In this document: positions 56,361 to 64,000 of the stretch, piece after piece
Layout of the letters: every line of letters starts with the position of its first letter
Numbering within the stretch: the stretch's first letter is position 1
Origin: Eledone cirrhosa
Taxonomy: Eukaryota
DNA: 64,000 nt
Assembly: GCA_964016885.1 (NCBI GenBank)
Contig: OZ024751.1
Span: forward strand, 7,936,001 to 8,000,000
Direction of reading: 5' to 3'
Notes under the pieces: generated by a model
Databases searched by the model: none
The model's input: the letters and a program-made list of their open reading frames with translations, nothing else
Told to the model about the DNA's origin: nothing
Made by a program: the position numbers and the translations under genes

Positions 56361-57425
56361 ATCCAGCCATAACTCCTTTACAAAAAATACTCTTCAGAGT
56401 TAGAGCGAAGAAGAGGCAGATAAAGAAACTCCAGGTCTGACAACATGAAAGACTGGAGGGGGTCACAACGCCGGGAGACCTTTACGCATGGTAGCACCTC
56501 AACAACTGACTTCACCAGTTGCGGGAACCTAATTGATTTATTATTGATTGAATGGTATACAAACAGAAAACAATTTTTTCACGGGGCTGACACCAGTGTG
56601 AAAAAAAGAATTATTGATATTGCACGACTTTTCTTTTGATCGTATAATTGCTAAGATTTCGGCATCTGTACAAGTCATTGACTAATACAACAATGGAGCG
56701 TGAAATAAACATTACGTTTATGAGCAGGTAATCACACAGTCCGTTTCTGCTGGTTTCCAACATAGGCAATCAAGTGTTACCTACGAAGTAATCAAAATAC
56801 ACGGTCTATGACAAAAACGACGTCAGCCGGATCTGATTTCTTCTGTACATAATACAGCTTAAGTCATATAAAAGGCAACTTGAACGTCCCTATTCACATA
56901 TTTCATAGTGCTATTCGTCTAAGGCTAATTATAATCCATGGAGATAATATAGATCGCATCTGACAACGGGACTCTAATCCTGATAGAGCTGCGCGTTTTT
57001 TGTAAAATATTTATCTCGATACATAGGAGATTTGTGTAAATGCACAGGCTTTCTTCGGTTGTTTTGTTTGATCGGAAGAGTCAATTGCAGAATATTATTG
57101 ATATACGTGTTCAGGTAAGTTGAACTAATAAGATCATATTTAACGTTACGGAAAAGAAACTCGGGAGATCTAGTGGTGCGACATTGTATATGTCAGTTGC
57201 AATATTATTTTAATAATCACACACACGATACTCTTTTGAAAATACAATTCTTAAAGCACAGTAATAGTCATACGAGTGTCAAATTGATCACTGCACCTGT
57301 TAGTGATGGCCACAATATGTTTATTAACACATTTAATTGTCGTCTTTGACAAGAATCATATATTGTATAAAGTTTTTCTGGGTGCCTTACGCCTCGAGAA
57401 AAAAACGAAATGGTCAATGTTTTTT

Positions 57426-57492
57426 ATCATAAGCGTATATTGATCTAGCTTGATCATAAGCGTATATTGATCTAGCTTGATCTGAGCGTATA
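57426..57492. repeat. 27-bp tandem duplication
   Basis: atcataagcgtatattgatctagcttg at 57426 and 57453. Confidence 0.85.
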
Positions 57493-58403
57493 ATTGCCTT
57501 TTATCACTTACGGCGCTTAACGTTCATTGGAGAAAATCAACAAAGTAATATTGAGAAATGTAGATTTGCTTTGACACAAGACCTGGGTTTTGTATGGATC
57601 AATAAATTGTAGTGTAAGGATTCGAAAGATTTGTCAGTGTCATAGAAACGAAATATATTTCAAACACTCAGATTCCCAGGGTCTTTTGTTCGACGAAAAA
57701 TACAAATATGAATATGGAATTAGATATCTCCTAGTACTCTACGAAGACATTCTATGTTGTATACAACTACACATAACTTTCTCTAAACATTCCAACGAAC
57801 GCTAGATTTCGATATATACAACTTTAATAAAATATCCATAAAATATATCACAGAATCTTAATAGAAGTAGATTTATTTGAGATTAAAGAAACTTTATCGG
57901 AATTATTTGAATAGAAACCGGAAAACGGCTGGATCCAAGAATATATAAAGATCCACGATTAAAGTTACTTTGATGTTTTTAACATAGAAGAAGAAATTAT
58001 TGAAACGAATATATTTAGCGCGATTGAAATCAGAATGTTTAAAGATGGTTATAATATAACGTTGTTACATAGACATAGGATCATAAAGATATATAATGTT
58101 AAGTTCATTAAATTATATATGCACATAGATCACACAAAGCTCGCACAGATTGGTCATCTAAAATGCTATTTAGGAAATAGAACTTTCTGGAAACTCTGCT
58201 CGGGAAATCTGAGAAAATAACGATAAATCATAATTGATTTTCGGCGACTAATAGAGCAAATCGTATTATAAATATAGTTTAACTTGCTATTTCTAAACTG
58301 GAATATGGTTGGCGACGTAAATAATATACAGCATTCCGAATAAATATATGTGTTTCTAGATATAATAAATTCTCGGATGCAAATTAACGTAGAGAGAGTC
58401 TCA

Positions 58404-59275
58404 TCTATATATATAAAACTGTGGTTGTCTGTCTGTCTATCGATTTTTGGCACACATCTCCTCTTAGAATCTCAAACGGAATTGCACCGAAATTGCTATA
58501 CTTGTACATTGAGCCCTAGCGAAGACATCGGAAAAAATATTTCAAATTCACCCACCCTATGTGACGAAATCGAATATAATGTATCGACTTTTGAGCGTAG
58601 GTTATCAGTTATTTCCCTTTGTTCTGTTTACATTGAGCGTCTTACGTAAAAAATTACGCTGGCTTTCTCAGCGTTTAAAATGACATTAACACAATACACG
58701 AACAGTTGTCGAGCCAGCAAAATATTGACCTGCAAAATTCATCAGTTCGAACACTAAGCTTCCGTTTTGCTTCATTTCCATTTAAAAGCATTTTAAAACA
58801 ATATTTTTACTTGAAAACAAGTCTATTTAAAGACTACGTAAAACAAGCAAATATTTCGTCGTTAGGCGTGCAGACAGACAGTCGTGCAGACAGACAGTCG
58901 TACAGAGAGGTGATATACGCGTGCAGACAGACAGTCGTGCAGAGAGGTGATATAGGCGTGCAGACAGACATAACTGATAATTTGGTTACGCTAATGTTTT
59001 TCTCTGCGTTGCAGTGTTTACATTTTCGATCTTTGTTAATAAATAACCAGTGCAGTTTCTATCCCCAGCATCCTCTTTTGTTATAACATTCGGGTTATCG
59101 TTATGTTTTCTTAACTTCATAAGGCATATTGTTGGTTGAGGGAATATTAATCAAAAACACCACATGCAAGTCTGCACAGTAGACACTACAGTTTTTAAGC
59201 CAAGAAAGAAACTTAACATTGTAACTTTAACACAGCTACTGAGCGACCCCGAGCAACGCCGGGCTTTACTGCTAG
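58404..59275 (+). mobile_element. Non-autonomous Helitron
   Basis: A|TCtatatatataaaa start, (gtct)n near the 5' end, internal gtgcagacagacagtc repeats, 3' hairpin cccgagcaacgccggg, then CTAG|T. Confidence 0.85.
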
Positions 59276-59701
59276 TTCTATATAAAGTAAGAGACATATA
59301 ATGTTTCTTATTTTAATAATCACGGCCGGATAAAAGGCAACTCGGCAAAAAATAAAACATTCCGACTCGGTTAATTATAATTTCAGTCGTACTCCGCGTT
59401 TTATATTATAAACAATATAACTAAGTATCAGTCATCTGTTCATCAATAAACGTGGTGCACTCTCATAATAAATCAATATTTAACTCACAGAAAACTGTCA
59501 AAATGTCAAATATCTCTGCTGATATATATCTATGTACTTTTCAACGACCAGCATGCAATAACTTAGACATAGAGCATATGATCAATCATTGGTATATATT
59601 TCAATAAAAAACAAACAATATTCATACACAAATATAACATACATTTTATCTGGTATAGAACATACCTAAGTATACTTTATAACATATTATATAGATATAT
59701 G

Positions 59702-59748
<47 letters not shown>

Positions 59749-59827
59749 ATATATGTATACACACATATATATATATGTATATATATATATGTGTATATAT
59801 GTTTATATACACACATATATATATATG

Positions 59828-59858
<31 letters not shown>

Positions 59859-59868
59859 GTGTATATAT

Positions 59869-59919
<51 letters not shown>

Positions 59920-60249
59920 TGCGCGTGTGTGTTTCCTTTAATAAATATATATACATTCGTACTTTGAATGTTGTGATTCCAATGAATATTGGAAATTGTA
60001 GACTCATCCAGATTACTTTCCTTAATACTCTCTGGGAATAAAACTAATATTTTCTAAATGTTATGTAGGTGTTTTCTATAACTATTTAGACAATATCAGC
60101 ACAAGAGCCGATGTAGATCGGTATCCTCATGCTAAATAAGAGTGCGCACATTCTCGTAGGATGAATGTCGTGTTGAAAGGCCAGCTAATAAAATAAAAGT
60201 CTATCTATCTATTAATCTAATTATCTCTATCAATCTATTTGATTTTACT

Positions 60250-63200
60250 TGAGACGTGTGCCAGTTCGCTTGTAAGTTTTTGTTGATTTTCTAAGTAAGA
60301 AATCAAAAATTTATTGTTAAATGTATTACTATTTTATAGCATGACCCCACGTCTGGACTTTCAGACGGTTGGTCAAGTCATCTTCACCCCTCCCTGGGGT
60401 GACATTTTCGTTTTGAAAAAAATTTCGCCGGTGGAAAAAAAGCGTAAACAAACCTTGCATTCAGTCATGAACGCTGCGTTCATAACTAGAAGTGGTGGAG
60501 AGGCGGTAAGAGTATTAAGCTCGCAGTCACCTCCTCTCACCACCTCATTGAAAGACATCGAAAATGTGGACAGTTTTGAAAACACGATGTCGGACGTTGA
60601 TTGTAACATCAACACTAACACAAACACCAATAACATGCAAAATATAAACAACACCAACCAGAACAACAACAACAAAAACAATAATGACAACAAGAACAAC
60701 AACAGCAACAATGATAACAACAACACCACCACCAACAACAACATCAATGATAACAACAATACCACCACCAACAACAGCAACACGAACAACACCACGAACA
60801 CGGACAATATTTATTTTGCTCAAACCGTCCAAAAGACGGAACTGTTCACATACCTTGACATTTACAATGCTAGGGAAATGTTAAGCGACGCAAAACAGTA
60901 CGTAACTTTTGGTGAGAGCGGTGCTTTCAGCTATACTTCTCCTCAATAGTTACGCAGAGAAACTATTCTAAAAATATTAATTTTTAGGACAGTTACAAAT
61001 GTATCGAAAAAACCAGTTCAGTTATCCCAAAGCGATATTGAACTGGTTCTGAAGAATTCCTTGAAGGATATTGCCTTCATCCAAAAAGGGAAACTTTTTG
61101 GAAGCATTTCGGTGTTGTTGAAAGACCAATTGACACCACAAATATATTCTGTATCGCCGATTTTGTCCACCCCCCGTACACATTTTCCCCCACATATATG
61201 GGAAAAAGAACATTGAACATTGCACCAAATGTAAACGTCTGGTGGATTGTAACTGGCTTCATCGATTTCGACGAAGACACCCTAATTTCGGTGGGAAAGT
61301 CCTCCAGAGGCACATTCAATGGTACATGCATGGAAGTTCTGGTCCAAATGAGGCCGGAACGGATAGCTAAAATACCCCAACGTGTGCCTCTGGATGGAAT
61401 TTCACACATAAACATTTCTGTTGAGGGTAGGCGGCCTTCATGTTACCACTGTTTAAGCAGTGGTCACCTGAAGGCTTACTGTCCTCAGTTAACTAAAAAA
61501 AATGAGGCACTACTGCCAACACCCAAAACAACAACACAACCACCACCACCACAACAACAACAACCACAACCACAACAACAACACGAAACACACCCAAAAC
61601 AGTAACAACAAACCAACCTGCAAGCACAGTCCCACCCAACCCCACTCCACCTAAAACCACTGCAAAAACACCCATGAACACAACAGTTCGCCAAATCATA
61701 CTCCTTACAAATAATACAGACACCACAACGGACGAGGCCCCCACATCATCACCAAGTGATGATGAGGGAGAGCCTCTCCGTTCGAAAAGAAAGAAGAAAA
61801 GAGACCACAAGAACAAAAAAACAACAAACATCACTACAAACATACAACCACCAACACAAACAACACAAACATTATAAACAACCCCCCCCCCCGTCCGGAA
61901 AACAAAACCACGACATCACTCCAAACACAAACACCTGCAACAAAACGAAAGCTCCCACAAGAACAACAGACGAAAACCACCGCAGCACAACAAGAACATT
62001 ACACATTCATAAACAGTAAAAACAAAACTTTAATGGGCGTCATCTCCAATGACCCTTCGGTGAAAACCGAAGGGAAAACTTTTTCGAACTGTGTAGACAA
62101 ACCTAATTTAAAGGTGATTAGGGTCCCTACGGACACCTATAAGTCTTTAAAGGAAAACTTTCCTAAGGACGTAGGTAAGCCTTGTGTTAAACCCATCAAC
62201 CGCATCCTTTTAAAAAGTTTCCCTACCCTCTCACCAGACACCCCCACCTCACCAAACATCTCCGTCCCCACCCGCCGGAAACCACCACCCACACAGACAA
62301 CTCCTCTAACACCCCCGGCGGAGTTGCCGTTTTGCTGCGGAAACACTTGGGCCTCCTAACACAGACGGTATTTCTGGACTCGGAGGGTCGACTGGTGGGC
62401 CTAGACGTTGACGGTAGTGAAGGTGGAGCCATCAGGCTGGTGGCCGCATATGCCCCATACGGGACACCGCGGCCAGACTTCTTCAAACGTCTAGAGACTT
62501 TTCTGGGAACGTCCCGCTCCTTGCTTTTAGTGGGGGACAGGATACATTTGGGACTATGTGGGAGCATGTCCCGATAAAGGGGGGTGTAACATCCTCAAAC
62601 AGTTAATCGGCCGATTTGACCTGGCCGATAGATATCGACTACATTTTCCGACTGTGCCAGTGTGGAAGTGGACTAATCGCAGCGGAACATCTAGATCGTA
62701 ACTAGATAGGGTTCTAGTTAGAAATAAGGATAGGGACATGTTAAGCTGTCCACAAATGTTCATGGATGCCTATTCAGATCACAAACTAGTGACCTGCATG
62801 GTCAACCTTGATAGAACCCATAGACAAGGACCCGGCTCCTGGAAGCTGAACTTGTCGTTACCGACATGCAAAGCCTACAGTAGACGGATTAGCACTTTAG
62901 TTAAAGAGCACTTGACAGGGGCCATTGTCAACAACAGATGGTGGTATTCTCTCAAGAGGGCAGTTAATTAGACTCGTTAGTTTTTAATAAAGAATTAGCG
63001 TTAGATAGAAATAGAACTGAGAAAGAACTGGTAGATAAAGTAGAAGAGGCAATTAGAAATGGCAACGTAACCAGCGTACTAGCAACGAGAACAGCCTTGG
63101 ACCAGTTCTTCGACGCAAAGCATGAGGGCTGCGTTGTCAGAAGCAAAATACGTGCTCTGTTAGCTGGGCCCGAGTGACGGAGGCAAAAAGTGGCAACAGT

Positions 63201-64000
63201 ACACGATTCGGTCTTTGAAGGACCAAAACGGACGCGTGATACGTGAGCCGAAGCAGATGTGTGCGGCCTTTCAGCGGCATTTTGCTCAGCTATTCGGGCA
63301 GGGCGGCGCGCCGGGAGAGGCTATGGATTTCGGTCCATACCTCGACGGCCTACCGCGACTCTCGGACAGCGAGGCAAAGTTCTGCGAAAAGCCGATTTCA
63401 GCCGCTGAGATAGGGGACACGTTGAGCCAATGCGGCTGACGCAAATCTCCAGGTCTCGACGGTCTACCCTACGAATTTTACGTAGCAATGCCGGACTTAT
63501 TCTCCGGTCTCCTGGAAGTGGTCTACTGCAACTGGCAACATAATGGGAAAATTCCTAGTTCTGTGACCGGGCGCGGGGTCACACTAGTCATGAAGGACGA
63601 GATGACATAACCAACTCCGGCCCATAACTCTGCTAAACACAGAGTTACAGATTTTGGCCAAGGTGTTGGCAAAGAGGCTTCCGCTTGTCGTCGAGAACCT
63701 GGTGGGAGAAATGCAGACATGCGCAATCCCGATCATGTCTATACACGACAACCTCCTCCTCATGCGATACATTATAGGGAGTGTAGGGTGTAAACCCGGC
63801 TTCGGTGGGGCCCTGATCAACTTGGATCAGTCTAAGGATTTCGATAGGGTTGACCATCGTTACCTGGATGCGGTGCTCGAGACGGCAGGCTTTGGAAACG
63901 TGTTCAGGGGCTGGATTGCTGCAATGCATAACAGCAACATCTGCTCAAGGGTTAAGGTGAACGGCTACCTCTCGGAGCCGTTCCACTCACGCGATCCATT
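60250..64000 (+). mobile_element. Tx1/L1-clade LINE, degenerate, truncated by the window end
   Basis: ORF1 remnant with CCHC knuckle CYHCLSSGHLKAYC; endonuclease DSEGRLV..IRLVAAYAP..SDHKLV..GPGSWKLN; RT KSPGLDGLPYEFY..KILAKVLAKRL..DQSKDFDRVDH. Many stops and frameshifts. The 5' boundary is approximate. Confidence 0.9.

Noticed and set aside
60373-60832. Hydrophobic poly-Leu/Val ORFs resembling membrane proteins
   Set aside because: Antisense translation of the (AAC)n tract in the LINE.

Overview
Eukaryotic, AT-rich, microsatellite-saturated repeat DNA with no confidently identifiable host gene. The tRNA-headed SINE families resemble those I recall from octopod cephalopods (inference, not searched). 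Recognisable coding remnants are all transposon-derived: three distinct Penelope-like elements (PLEs; RT and/or GIY-YIG), an RTE LINE, a CR1-group LINE 3' end, a Tx1/L1 LINE running off the right edge, a CRE-like 3' fragment and an internally deleted mariner. There are also two non-autonomous Helitrons and about 14 SINEs. The hidden layer is non-coding: about 20 minimal type-I hammerhead ribozyme (HHR) motifs from many unrelated short families. Most sit in fold-back insertions whose two 3' ends point outward, usually into (TA)n. One ~430-bp family occurs as tandem and circularly permuted units, each with an octamer / PSE-like / TATA-like module just upstream of the HHR, and a second diverged family shares that module. 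This is a candidate retrozyme-like (newt satellite-2-like) self-cleaving RNA system. Most ORFs in the supplied track are microsatellite artefacts. Boundaries were read by eye and may be off by a few bases.
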